A DNA stretch of 64,000 bases from Amphiscolops sp. MND2022. Lineage: Eukaryota. Shown piece by piece: positions 44,801 through 59,800 of the stretch (position 1 is its first letter; each line of letters begins with the position of its first letter). The stretch spans positions 54,746,001-54,810,000 of the forward strand of contig OZ076412.1 of NCBI GenBank assembly GCA_964187785.1, given 5' to 3'. The notes beneath the pieces were generated by a model that worked only from the letters and a program-made list of their open reading frames with translations, was not told the origin of the DNA and searched no databases. A program made the position numbers and the translations under genes.

Positions 44801-47800
44801 TCGTTGCTTAGAATGTTGAAAACGCTCAAAACAGAAAAAAAAAACGTTGTCCAGGAGGTGTTTTCAAAAATACAAATGATGTATAAAAAAACCCGCAAAC
44901 CGAGACCGAAATTGACATAACTTTCAAAAGTTTCCAATTTTTATGCTACTTTTGCCTATTTTTCAATAAATTTCGGGGCATAGAACGATTGAATGTTAAA
45001 AACAATGAAAAATGAAAAATATCGTTGTTCAGAGGCTTTTTGAAGAAATAAGTGGAGTTTTTCTAAGAAAAATGCCTCAGTGAGACAAAAAATGTCAAAA
45101 ATTCCTAAAAAACTTCCAAATCTTTTCGTTTCAACGCTCTTTCCGTCATCGTGGCTTAGAGTTTTGAAAACGTTCCAAAAGGAAAACATTCGTTGTACAG
45201 GAGGCTGTTGTGAAGAAATTAACGCACTTTTTTGTTTGGAAGTTGCACAGCTTCGAAAGCACAACTTTAGATTGACAAATGTTCCAAAAGTTCAGATTTT
45301 CAAGGTTTTTATGCAATTTTTGTTTAAGTTTCTATTTAGTTCTTTGATTAGGTTGTCGACAAGGTTTTTGTGAAGAACAAACTATTTTTCCTATGGAACA
45401 AATCCCAAACTGTCGAAAATCTGTCGAACAAATCTCTAATCTCAAAAATTCCAAAATGTTCTAGTTTTTGTAGATTTTCGTTCACTTTTGCACACTTTTC
45501 GAGTTTTCTTGGAATACAGGGCTCTAAACGTTCAAAGACGAACTAACAAGCTAAGCAGTGCAGCTTTTGGAAGAGTAACAATTCAGAAACACTCAAAATG
45601 TTCCGAAAAATTGAAAAATTTGTAACAATCCAGAATCACTGTAAATGTTCCGAAAAATTGAAGAACGTCATTTTTCAAATGCAAATTTTGTGATTTTTTA
45701 GAATTTTCCGTAGTAAAATTGTTGTAGACAATCAAAGATGATAGAAATTTTTCTAAGGTTCTCAAGTAGGTTGCGTTAAGCGGGATCCGCATGTGTATGT
45801 GAGAAAGATTTCCAAAGTGACTCGAGAAGTCGAAAATGTCAATTTTCACACGTTTATAAACTTTTGTGCCGTGATGGATGAAATTTGGTATTCTGTTGTT
45901 TTTCATGAGCTATTTTTCCTTTGGCTTCTTTCAGCGACAGCTCTGCGGTTGTAGCTCTGCGAATTCCGCGCGGGAATCAGGGCTTCCACTAACATATCAA
46001 CTATCTAACTAACTATTGACAAACTCGTTTAGTTTTTCGTCTTCCTCGTTTCGTAGCACTGCTACTTGCACGGTTTCTATTCTTAACTAATTCGCGTTAA
46101 GAGCATCAATATGCTATTCCACCCTCAGCATCTTATAGCTTCCCATTTTTGCAACTAAATGTTCTTCTCTTGTCAGAACGAACGCGGCTGTTCCAGATTC
46201 TTTCCTCCAACTCTCATACTTATAGGTTTTCATTTTTTTGGACTCGCCGGATATCCATTCATAACTGGATATTCTCCCCTGTTGTGAGATCATTCCTGTT
46301 TGTTACAAACTAATTACCTTTAGTTTTCCGTGTAAGGCATTCCGAAAACCTGTTTAAAAATATCATAACTCCCTTTTTAATTTCCGCCCATAATCCGACC
46401 ATTAGGTTTCATTCGAAAGGTATTTGTAGAGATTTTTTGCGTGACCCCAAAAGCCCCAGAATGACCCCAAATCGACATCCAAAATTGCCAAAATTGTTCA
46501 ATTTTTTTTACGTTCTACGCTTTTTTTGTCAAACTTTTGATATTCTTCGTTGCTTAGAATGTTGAAAACGCTCACAACAGAAAAAAAACGTTGTCCAGGA
46601 GGTGTTTCCGAAGATACAAATGATTTGAAAAATCCGCAAATCGAGACCGAAATTGACAAAACTTTCAAAAATTTCCAATTTTTATGCTATTTTGCCAATT
46701 TTTCAATACATTTTGGGGATTAGAACGATTGATTGTTCAAAACATTGAAAAATGAAAAATATCGTTGTTCAGAGGCTTTTTGAAGAAATAAGTGGAATTT
46801 TTCTACGAAAAATGCCTGAGTGAGAAAAAATTGTCAAAAACTCCTAAAAAACTTCCAAATCTTTTCGTTTCAACGCTCTATTCGTCATCGTGGCTTAGAG
46901 TTTTGAAAACGTTCCAAAAGGAAAACATTCGTTGTACAAGAGGCTGTTGTGAAGAAATTAACGCACTTTTTTGGAAGTTGCACAACTTCGAAAGCACAAC
47001 TTTAGATTGACAAAAGTTCAAAAAAATCAGATTTTTCAGGTTTTTATGCAATTTTTGTTTAATTTTCTATTTAGTTCTTTGATTAGGTTGTCGACAAGGT
47101 TTTTGTGAAGAACAAACTCTTTTTCCTATGGAAAAATTCCCAAACTGTCGAAAATCTGTCGAACAAATCTCTAATCTCAAAAATTCCAAAATGTTCTAGT
47201 TTTTGTAGATTTTCGTTCACTTTTGCACACTTTTCGAGTTTTCTTGGAATATAGGGCTCTCAACGTTCAAAGGCGAACTAACAAGCTAAGCAGTGCAGCT
47301 TTTGGAAGAGTAACAATTCAGAAATCACTCAAAATGTTCCGAAAAATTGAACAATTTGTAACAATTCAGAATCACTGCAAATGTTCCGAAAAACTGAAGA
47401 ACGTCATGTTTCAAATGCAAATTTTGTGATTTTTTTTATTTTTCCGTAGTAGAATGGTTGTAAACAATCAAATATGATATAAATTTTTCTCAGGTTCTCA
47501 AGTAGGTTGCTTGAAGCGGGATCCGCATGTGTATGTGAGAAAGATTTCCAAAGTGACTCAAATGTCGAAAATGTCAATTTTGACACGTTTATAAACTTTT
47601 GTGCAGTGATGGATGAAATTTGGTATTCTGTTGTTTTTTATGAGCTATTTTTCCTTTAGCTTCTTTCAGTGACAGCTCTGCAGTTGTAGCTCTGCGAATT
47701 CCGCGCGGCAATCAGTGCTTCCACTAACAATTCAACTATCTAACTAACTATTGACAAACTCGTTTAGTTTTTCGTTTTCGTCGTTTCGTAGCACTGCTAC

Positions 47801-50800
47801 TTGCGCTGTTTCTCTTCTTCGCTAATTCGCGTTAAGAGCATCATTATGCTGTTCCACCCTCAGCATCTTCTAGTTTCCCAATTTTGTAACTAAATGTTTT
47901 TCTCATGTCAGAACGAACGCGGCTGTTTCGGATTCTTTCCTCCAACTCTCATACTTATAGGTTTTCATTTTTTTGGACTCGCCGGATATCTTTTCATAAC
48001 TTGATATTCTCCCCTGTTGTGAGATCCTTCTTGTTTTTTACAAACGAAATATCTCTAGTTTTCCGTGTAATGCATTCCGAAAGCCTGATTAAAAATATCA
48101 TAACTCCCTTTTCATTTACCGCGCATAATCCGACCATTAGGTTACATTCGATAGGTATTTGTAGAGATTTTTTGCTTGACCCCAAAGACCCCAGAATGAC
48201 CCCAAATTGACATCCAAAATTGCCAAGACTGTTCACATTTTTTTACGTTCTACGCTTATTTTGTCAAACTTTTGATATTCTTCGTTGCTTAGATTGTTGA
48301 AAACGCTCACAACAGAAAAAAACGTTGTCCAGGAGGTGTTTCCGAAGATACAAATGATTTTAAAAAATCCGCAAATCGAGACCGAAATTGACAAAACTTT
48401 CGAGAATTTCCAATTTTTACGCTACTTTTGACAATTTTTCAATAAATTTTGGGGCTTAGAACGATTGATTGTTAAAAATATTGAAAAATGAAAAATATCG
48501 TTGTTCAGAGGCTTTTTGAAGAAATAAGTGAAAATTTTCTACAACAAAATGCCTCAGTGAGACAAAAAATGTCAAAAGTTCCTAAAAAACTTCCAAATCT
48601 TTTTGTTACAATGCTCTTTTGTCATCGTGGCTTAGAGTTTTGAAAATGTTGCAAAAGAAAAACATTCGTTGTACAGGAGGCTGTTTTGAAGAAATCAACG
48701 CACTTTTTTGGAAGTCGCACAACTTCGAAAGCACAACTTTAGATTGACAAAAGTTCCAAAAGTTCAGATTTTCAAGGTTTTTATGCAATTTTTGTTTAAG
48801 TTTCTATTTAGTTCTTTGATTAGGTTGTCGACAAGGTTTTTGTGAAGAACAAACTATTTTTCCATTGGAACAAATCCCAAACTGTCGAAAATCTGTCGAA
48901 CAAATCTCTAATCTCAAAAATTCCAAAATGTTCTAGTTTTTGTAGATTTTCGTTCACTTTTGCACACTTTTCGAGTTTTCTTGGAATACAGTGCTCTAAA
49001 CGTTCAAAGACGAACTAACAAGCTAAGCAGTGCAGCTTTTGGAAGAGTAACAATTCAGAAATCACTCAAAATGTTCCGATAAATTGAAAAATTTGTAATC
49101 ACTGTAAATGTTCCGAAAAACTGAAGAACGTCATTTTTCAAATGCAAATTTTGTGACTTTTTAGAATTTTCCGTAGTAAAATGGCGTAAACAATCAAATA
49201 TGATAGAAAATTTTCTCAGGTTCTCAAGTAGGCTGCTTCAAGCGGGATACGCATGTGTATGTGAGAAAGATTTCCAAAGTGACTCGAGAAGTCGAAAATG
49301 TCAATTTTCACACGTTTATAAACTTTTGTGCAGTGATGGATGAAATTTGGTATTCTGTTGTTTTTCATGAGCTATTTTTCCTTTGGCTTCTTTCAGTGAC
49401 AGCTCTGCGGTTGTAGCTCTGCGAATTCCGCGCGGGAATCAGGGCTTCCACTAACATATCAACTATCTAACTAACTATTGACAAACTCGTTCAGTTTTTC
49501 GTTTTCGTCGTTTCGTAGCACTGCTACTTGCGCTGTTTCTCTTCTTAGCTAATTCGCGTTAAGAGCATCATTATGCTGTTCCACCCTCAGCATCTTCTAG
49601 TTTCCCAATTTTGCAACTAAATGTTTTTCTCATGTCAGAACGAACGCGGCTGTTCCGGATTCTTTCCTCCAACTCTCATACTTATAGGTTTTCATTTTTT
49701 TGGACTCGCCGGATATCCATTCATAACTTGATATTCTCCCCTGTTGTGAGATCCTTCTTGTTTTTTACAAACGAAATATCTCTAGTTTTCCGTGTAATGC
49801 ATTCCGAAAGCCTGATTAAAAATATCATAACTCCCTTTTCATTTACTGCCCATAATCCGACCAATAGGTTTCATTCGATATGTCTTTGTAGAGATTTTTC
49901 GCTTGACCCCAAAGACCTCAGAATGACCCCAAATTGACATCCAAAATTGCCAAAACTGTTCAAACTTTTTTAACGTTCTACGCCTATTTTCTCAACCTTT
50001 TGATATTGTTCGTTGCTTAGAATGTTGAAAACGCTCAAAACAGAAAAAAACGTTGTCGAGGAGGTGTTTTACAAGATACAAATGATTTTTAAAATATCCG
50101 CAAATCGAGACCGAAATTGACAAAACTTTCAAAAATTTCCAAATTTTATGCTACTTTTGCCAATTTTTCAATAAATTTTGGGGCTTAGAACGATTTAATG
50201 TTAAAAACATTGAAAAATGAAAAATATCGTTGTTCAGAGGCTTTTTGAAAAAATAAGTGGAATTTTTCTACGAAAAATGCCTCAGTGAGAAAAAATGGTC
50301 AAAAATTCCTAAAAAACTTCCAAATCTTTTCATTTCAACGCTCTTTTCGTCATCGTGGCTTAGAGTTTTGAAAACGTTCCAAAAGGAAAACCTTCGTTGT
50401 ACAGGAGGCTGTTCTGAAGAAATTAACGCACTTTTTTGGAAGTTGCACAACTTCGAAAGCACAACTTTAGATTGACAAAAGCTCCAAAAGTTCAGATTTT
50501 CAAGGTTTTTATGCAATTTTTGTTTAGGTTTTATTTAGTTCTTTGATTAAGTTGTCGACAAGGTTTTTGTGAAGAACAAAAAATTTTTCCTATGGAAGAA
50601 ATCCCAAACTGTCGAAAATCTGTCGAACAAATCTCTAATCTCAAAAAATCCAAAATGTTCTAGTTTATGTACATTTTCGTTAACCTTTGCACACTTTTCG
50701 AGTTCTCTTGGGATACAGGGCTCTAAACGTTCAAAGACGAACTAACAAGCTAAACAGTGCAGCTTTTGGAAGAGTAACAATTCAGAAATCACTCAAAATG

Positions 50801-53800
50801 TTCCGAAAAATTGAAAAATTTGTAACAATCCAGAATCACTGTAAATGTACCGAAAAACTGAAGAACGTCATTTTTCAAATGCAAATTTTGTGTTTTTTTA
50901 GAATTTTCCGTAGTAAAATGGTTGTAAACAATCAAATATGATAGAAATTTTTCTCAGGTTCTCAAGTAGGCTGCTTGAAGCGGGATCCGCATGTGTATGT
51001 GAGAAAGATTTCCAAAGTGACTCGAGAAGTCGAAAATGTCAATTTTCACACGTTTACAAACTTTTGTGCAGTGATGGATGAAATTTGGTATTCTGTTGTT
51101 TTTCATGAGCTATTTTTCCTTTGGCTTCTTTCAGTGACAGCTCTGCGGTTGTAGCTCTGCGAATTCCGCGCGGGAATCAGTGCTTCCACTAACAATTCAA
51201 CTATTTAACTAACTTTTGACAAACTAGTTTAGTTTTTCGTTTTCGTTGTTTCGTAGCACTGCTACTTGCGCTGTTTCTATTCTTAGCTCATTCGCGTTAA
51301 GAGCATCAACATGCTGTTCCACCCTCAGCATCTTATGACTTCCCATTTTTGCAACTAAATGTTTTTCTCATGTCAGAACGAACGCGGCTGTTCCGGATTC
51401 TTTCCTCCAACTCTCATACTTGTAGGTTTTCATTTTTTCTTGGACTCGCCGGATATCCATTCATAACTTGATATTCTCCCCCATTGTGAGATCATTCCCG
51501 TTTGTTACAAACCAAATATCTCTAGTTTTCCGTGTAATGCATTCCGAAAGCCTGATTAAAAATATCATAACTCCCTTTTTATTTTCCGCCTATAATCCGA
51601 CCATTAGGTTTCATTCGATAGGTCTTTTTAGAGATTTTTTGCTTGACCTCAAAGACCCCAGAATGACCCCAAATCGACATCCAAAATTGCCAAAACTGTC
51701 CAAATTTTCATTTTTTTAACGTTCTACGCCTATTTCGTCAAACTTTTGATTTTATTCGTTGCTTAGAATGTTGAAAACGCTCAAAACAGAAAAAAACGTT
51801 GTCCAGGAGGTGTTTTCGAAGATACAAAAGATTTTAAAAAAATCCGCAAATCTAGACCAAAATTGACAAAATTTTCAAAAGATTCCAATTTTTATGCTAC
51901 TTTTGCCAATTTTTCAATACATTTTGGGGCTTAAAACGAGTGAATGGTAAAAACATTGAAAAACGAAAAATATCGTTGTTCAGAGGCTTTTGAAGAAATA
52001 AGTAAAATTTTTCTACGAAAAATGCCTCAGTGAAAAAAATTGTCAAAAAGTCCTAAGAAATTTCCAAATCTTTTCATTTCAACGCTCTTTTTGTCATCGT
52101 GGCTTAGAGTTTTGAAAACATTCCAAAAGGGAATCATTCGTCTTACAGGAGGCTGTTTTGAAGAAATTAACGCACTTTTTTTGGAAGTTGCAATACAGGG
52201 CTCTAAACGTTCAAAGACGAACTAACAAGCTAAACAGTGCAGCTTTTGGAAGATTAACAATTCAGAAATCACTCAAAATGTTCCCAAAAATTGAACAATT
52301 TGTAACAATTCAGAATCACTGCAAATGTTCCGAAAAACTGAAGAACGTCATTTTTCAAATGCAAATTTTGTGATTTTTTTTATTTTTCCGTAGTAGAATG
52401 GTTGTAAACAATCAAATATGATATAAATTTTTCTTAGGTTCTCAAGTAGGTTGCTTGAAGCGGGATCCGCATGTGTATGTGAGAAAGATTTCCAAAGTGA
52501 CTCAAATGTCGAAAATGTCAATTTTGACACGTTTATAAACTTTTGTGCAGTGATGGATGAAAATTGATATTCTGTTGTTTTTCATGAGCTATTTTTCCTT
52601 TGGCTTCTTTCAGTGACAGCTCTGCGGTTGTAGCTCTGCGAATTCTGCGCGGGAATCAGTGCTTCCACTAATAATTCAACTATCTAACTACATATTGACA
52701 AACTCGTTTAGTTTTTCGTTTTTGTCGTTTCGTAGCACTGCTACTTGCGCTGTTTCTCTTCTTAGCTAAATCGCGTTAAGAGCATCAATATGCTGTTCTA
52801 CCCTCAGCAACATATTGCTTCCCATTTTTGCAACTGAATATTTTTCTCATGACAGAATGACCGCGACTGTTCCGGATTCTTTCCTCCAACTCTCATACTT
52901 ATAGGTTTTCAGTTTTTTTGGACTCGCTGGATATCCATTCATAACTTGATATTCTCCCCTGTTGTGAGATCATTCTTGTTTGGTACACACGAATTACCTT
53001 TAGTTTTCCGTGTAATGCATTCCGAATGCCTGATTAAGAATATCATAACTCCCTTTTTTCCCGCCCATAATCCGACCATTAGGTTTCATTCGATATGTAT
53101 TTGTAGAAATGTTTCGCTTGACCCCAAAGACCCCAGAATGACCCCAAATTGACATCCAAAATTGCCAAAACTGTTCAATTTTTTTTAACGTTCTACGCCT
53201 ATTTTCTCAACCTTTTGATATTCTTCGTTGCTTAGAATGTTGAAAACGCTCAAAACAGAAAAAAACGTTGTCGAGGAGGTGTTTTACAAGATACAAATGA
53301 TTTAAAAAAATCCGCAAATCGAGACCAAAATTGACAAAACTTTCAAAAATTTCCAATTTTTATGCTACTTTTGCCAAGTTTTCAATACATTTTGGGGCTT
53401 AGAACGAGTGAATGTTAAAAACAATGAAAAATGAAAAATATCGTTGTTCAGAGGCTTTCGAAGAAATAAGTAGAATTTTTCCACGAAAAATGCCTCAGTG
53501 AAAAAAATTGTCAAAAATCCTAAGAAAATTCCAAATCTTTTCATTTCAACGCTCTTTTTGTCATCGTGGCTTAGAGTTTTGAAAACATTCCAAAAGGGAA
53601 TCATTCGTTTTACAGGAGGCTGTTTTGAAGAAATTACCGCACTTTTTTTGGAAGTTGCACAACTTCGAAAGCACAATTTTAGATTGACAAAAGTTCCAAA
53701 ATTTCAGATTTTCAAGGTTTTCATGCAATTTTTGTTTAATTTTCTATTTAGTTCTTTGATTAGGTTGTCGACAAGGTTTTTGTGAAGAACAAACTATTTT

Positions 53801-56800
53801 TCCATTGGAACAAATCCCAAACTGTCGAAAATCTGTCGAACAAATCTCTAATCTCAAAAATTCCAAAATGTTCTAGTTTTTGTAGATTTTCGTTCACTTT
53901 TGCACACTTTTCGAGTTTTCTTGGAATACAGTGCTCTAAACGTTCAAAGACGAACTATTTTTCCTATGAAACAAATCCCAAACTGTCGAAAATCTGTCGA
54001 ACAAATCTCTAATCTCAAAAATTCCAAAATGTTCTAGTATATGTACATTTTCGTTCACTTTTGCACACTTTTCGAGTTTCTTGGAATACAGGGCTCTAAA
54101 CGTTCAAAGACGAACTAACAAGCTAAACAGTGCAGCTTTTGGAAGAGTAACAATTCAGAAATCACTCAAAATGTTCCGAAAAATTGAACAATTTGTAACA
54201 ATTCAGAATCACTGCAAATGTTCCGAAAAACTGAAGAACGTCATGTTTCAAATGCAAATTTTGTGATTTTTTTTATTTTTCCGTAGTAGAATGGTTGTAA
54301 ACAATCAAAAATGATATAAATTTTTCTCAGGTTCTCAAGTAGGTTGCTTGAAGCGGGATCCGCATGTGTATGTGAGAAAGATTTCCAAAGTGACTCAAAT
54401 GTCGAAAATGTCAATTTTGACACGTTTATAAACTTTTGTGCAGTGATGGATGAATTTTGATATTCTGTTGTTTTTCATGAGCTATTTTTCCTTTGGCTTT
54501 TTTCAGTGACAGCTCTGCAGTTGTAGCTCTGCGAATTCTGCGCCGGAATCAATGCTTCCACTAACAATTCAACTATCTAACTACATATTGACAAACTCGT
54601 TTAGTTTTTCGTTTTTGTCGTTTCGTAGCACTGCTACTTGCGCTGTTTCTCTTCTTAGCTGAATCGCGTTAAAAGCATCAATATGCTGTTCTACCCTCAG
54701 CAACATGTTGCTTCCCATTTTTGCAACTGAATGTTTTTCTCATGACAGAACGACCGCGACTGTTCCGGATTCTTTCCTCCAACTCTCATACTTATAGGTT
54801 TTCAGTTTTTTTGGACTCGCTGGATATCCATTCATAACTTGATATTCTCCCCTGTTGTGAGATCATTCTTGTTTGGTACACACGAATTGCCTTTAGTTTT
54901 CCGTGTAATGCATTCCGAAAGCCTGATTAAGAATATCATAACTCCCTTTTTTTACCGCCCATAATCCGACCATTAGGTTTCATTCGATAGGTATTTGTAG
55001 AAATGTTTCGCTTGACCCCAAAGACCCGAGAATGACCCCAAATTGACATCCAAAATTGCCAAAACTGTTCAAACTTTTTAAACGTTCTACGCCTATTTTC
55101 TCAACCTTTTGATATTCTTCGTTGCTTAGAATGTTGAAAACGCTCAAAACAGAAAAAAACGTTGTCGAGGAGGTGTTTTACAAGATACAAATGATTTAAA
55201 AAAATCCGCAAATCGAGACCAAAATTGACAAAACTTTCAAAAATTTCCACTTTTTATGCTACTTTTGCCAAGTTTTCAATACATTTTGGGGCTTAGAACG
55301 AGTGAATGTTAAAAACAATGAAAAATGAAAAATATCGTTGTTCAGAGGCTTTCGAAGAAATAAGTAGAATTTTTCCACGAAAAATGCCTCAGTGAAAAAA
55401 ATTGTCAAAAAGTCCTAAGAAAATTCCAAATCTTTTCATTTCAACGCTCTTTTTGTCATCGTGGCTTAGAGTTTTGAAAACATTCCAAAAGGGAATCATT
55501 CGTTTTACAGGAGGCTGTTTTGAAGAAATTAACGCACTTTTTTTGGAAGTTGCAATACAGGGCTCTAAACGTTCAAAGACGAACTAACAAGCTAAACAGT
55601 GCAGCTTTTGGAAGATTAACAATTCAGAAATCACTCAAAATGTTCCCAAAAATTGAACAATTTGTAACAATTCAGAATCACTGCAAATAATCCGAAAAAC
55701 TGAAGAACGTCATTTTTCAAATGCAAATTTTGTGATTTTTTTTATTTTTCCGTAGTAGAATGGTTGTAAACAATCAAATATGATATAAATTTTTCTTAGG
55801 TTCTCAAGTAGGTTGCTTGAAGCGGGATCCGCATGTGTATGTGAGAAAGATTTCCAAAGTGACTCAAATGTCGAAAATGTCAATTTTGACACGTTTATAA
55901 ACTTTTGTGCAGTGATGGATGAAAATTGATATTCTGTTGTTTTTCATGAGCTATTTTTCCTTTGGCTTCTTTCAGTGACAGCTCTGCGGTTGTAGCTCTG
56001 CGAATTCTGCGCGGGAATCAGTGCTTCCACTAATAATTCAACTATCTAACTACATATTGACAAACTCGTTTAGTTTTTCGTTTTTGTCGTTTCGTAGCAC
56101 TGCTACTTGCGCTGTTTCTCTTCTTAGCTAAATCGCGTTAAGAGCATCAATATGCTGTTCTACCCTCAGCAACATATTGCTTCCCATTTTTGCAACTGAA
56201 TATTTTTCTCATGACAGAATGACCGCGACTGTTCCGGATTCTTTCCTCCAACTCTCATACTTATAGGTTTTCAGTTTTTTTGGACTCGCTGGATATCCAT
56301 TCATAACTTGATATTCTCCCCTGTTGTGAGATCATTCTTGTTTGGTACACACGAATTACCTTTAGTTTTCCGTGTAATGCATTCCGAATGCCTGATTAAG
56401 AATATCATAACTCCCTTTTTTCCCGCCCATAATCCGACCATTAGGTTTCATTCGATATGTATTTGTAGAAATGTTTCGCTTGACCCCAAAGACCCCAGAA
56501 TGACCCCAAATTGACATCCAAAATTGCCAAAACTGTTCAAACTTTTTTAACGTTCTACGCCTATTTTCTCAACCTTTTGATATTGTTCGTTGCTTAGAAT
56601 GTTAAAAACGCTCAAAACAGAAAAAAACGTTGTCGAGGAGGTGTTTTACAAGATACAAATTATTTAAAAAAATCCGCAAATCGAGACCAAAATTGACAAA
56701 ACTTTCAAAAATTTCCAATTTTTATGCTACTTTTGCCAAGTTTTCAATACATTTTGGGGCTTAGAACGAGTGAATGTTAAAAACAATGAAAAATGAAAAA

Positions 56801-59800
56801 ATCGTTGTTCAGAGGCTTTCGAAGAAATAAGTAGAATTTTTCCACGAAAAATGCCTCAGTGAAAAAAATTGTCAAAAAGTCCTAAGAAAATTCCAAATCT
56901 TTTCATTTCAACGCTCTTTTTGTCATCGTGGCTTAGAGTTTTGAAAACATTCCAAAAGGGAATCATTCGTATTACAGGAGGCTGTTTTGAAGGAATTACC
57001 GCACTTTTTTTGGAAGTTGCACAACTTCGAAAGCACAATTTTAGATTGACAAAAGTTCCAAAATTTCAGATTTTCAAGGTTTTCATGCAATTTTTGTTTA
57101 TTTTTCTATTTAGTTCTTTGATTAGGTTGTCGACAAGGCTTTTGTGAAGAACAAACTATTTTTCCTATGAAACAAATCCCAAACTGTCGAAAATCTGTCG
57201 AACAAATCTCTAATCTCAAAAATTCCAAAATGTTCTAGTATATGTACATTTTCGTTCACTTTTGCACACTTTTCGAGTTTCTTGGAATACAGGGCTCTAA
57301 ACGTTCAAAGACGAACTAACTAGCTAAACAGTGCAGCTTTTGGAAGAGTAACAATTCAGAAATCACTCAAAATGTTCCGAAAAATTGAACAATTTGTAAC
57401 AATTCAGAATCACTGCAAATGTTCCGAAAAACTGAAGAACGTCATGTTTCAAATGCAAATTTTGTGATTTTTTTTATTTTTCCGTAGTAGAATGGTTGTA
57501 AACAATCAAATTTGATATAAATTTTTCTCAGGTTCTCAAGTAGGTTGCTTGAAGCGGGATCCGCATGTGTATGTGAGAAAGATTTCCAAAGTGACTCAAA
57601 TGTCGAAAATGTCAATTTTGACACGTTTATAAACTTTTGTGCAGTGATGGATGAATTTTGATATTCTGTTGTTTTTCATGAGCTATTTTTCCTTTGGCTT
57701 TTTTCAGTGACAGCTCTGCGGTTGTAGCTCTGCGAATTCTGCGCCGGAATCAGTGCTTCCACTAACAATTCAACTATCTAACTACATATTGACAAACTCG
57801 TTTATTTTTTCGTTTTTGTCGTTTCGTAGCACTGCTACTTGCGCTGTTTCTCTTCTTAGCTGAATCGCGTTAAAAGCATCAATATGCTGTTCTACCCTCA
57901 GCAACATGTTGCTTCCCATTTTTGCAACTGAATATTTTTCTCATGACAGAACGACCGCGACTGTTCCGGATTCTTTCCTCCAACTCTCATACTTATAGGT
58001 TTTCAGTTTTTTTGGACTCGCTGGATATCCATTCATAACTTGATATTCTCCCCTGTTGTGAGATCATTCTTGTTTGGTACACACGAATTACCTTTAGTTT
58101 TCCGTGTAATGCATTCCGAAAGCCTGATTAAGAATATCATAACTCCCTTTTTTTTACCGCCCATAATCCGACCATTAGGTTTCATTCGATAGGTATTTGT
58201 AGAAATGTTTCGCTTGACCCCAAAGACCCCAGAATGACCCCAAATTGACATCCAAAATTGCCAAAACTGTTCAAACTTTTTAAACGTTCTACGCCTATTT
58301 TCTCAACCTTTTGATATTCTTCGTTGCTTAGAATGTTGAAAACGCTCAAAACAGAAAAAAACGTTGTCGAGGAGGTGTTTTACAAGATACAAATGATTTT
58401 AAAAAATCCGCAAATCGAGACCAAAATTGACAAAACTTTCAAAAATTTCCAATTTTTATGCTACTTTTGCCAAGTTTTCAATACATTTTGGGGCTTAGAA
58501 CGAGTGAATGTTAAAAACATTGAAAATTGAAAAATATCGTTGTTCAGAGGCTTTTTGAAGAAATAAGTGAAAATTTTCTACAACAAAATGCCTCAGTGAG
58601 ACAAAAAATATCAAAAGTTCCTAAAAAACTTCCAAATCTTTTTGTTACAATGCTCTTTTTGTCATCGTGGCTCAGAGTTTTGAAAATGTTGCAAAAGAAA
58701 AACATTCGTTGTACAGGAGGCTGTTTTGAAGAAATCAACGCACTTTTTTGGAAGTCGCACAACTTCGAAAGCACAACTTTAGGTTGACAAAAATTCCAAA
58801 GTTTTAGGTTTTCAAAATTTATATGCAAGTTTCGTTTAATTTTCGTTTTAGTTTCATGATTAGGTTGTCGCCTAGGTTTTTGTGAAGAACAAACTTTTTT
58901 CCTATGGAACAAATTCCAAACTGTCGAAAATCTGTCGAACAAATCTCTAATCTCAAAAATTCCGAAATGTTCTAGTTTATGTACATTTTCGTTCACTTTT
59001 ACACACTTTTCGAGTTTTCTTGGGATACAGGGCTCTAAACGTTCAAAGACGAACTAACAAGCTAAGCAGTGCAGCTTTTGGAAGAGTAACAATTCAAAAA
59101 TCACTCAAAATGTTCCGAAAAATTGAAAAAAAAATCGAACAATCCAGAATCACTGTAAATGTACCGAAAAACTGAGGAACGTCATTTTTCAAATGCAAAT
59201 TTTGTGATTTTTCAGAATTTTCCGTAGTAAAATGGTTGTAAACAATCAAATATGATAGAATTGTTTCTCAGGTTCTCAAGTAGGCTGCTTGAAGCGGGAT
59301 CCGCATGTGTATGTGAGAAAGATTTCCAAAGTGACTCGAGAAGTCGGAAATGTCAATTTTCACACGTTTACAAACTTTTGTGCAGTGATGGATGAAATTT
59401 GGTATTCTGCTGTTTTTCATGAGCTATTTTTCCTTTCGCTTCTTTCAGTGACAGCTCTGCGGTTGTAGCTCTGCGAATTCCGCGCGGGAATCAGTGCTTC
59501 CACTAACAATTCATCTATCTAACTAACTTTTGACAAACTCGTTTAGTTTTTCGTTTTCGTTGATTCGTAACACTGCTACTTGCGCTGTTTCTATTTTTAG
59601 CTAATTCGCGTTAAGAGCATCAACATGCTGTCCCACCCTCGGCATTTTATAGCTTCCCATTTTTGCAACTAAATGATTTTCTCATGTCAGAACGAACGCG
59701 GCTGTTCCGGATTCTTTCTTCCAACTCTGATACTTGTAGGTTTTCATTTTTTTTGGACTCGCCGGATATCCATTCATAACTTGATATTCTCCCCTGTTGT

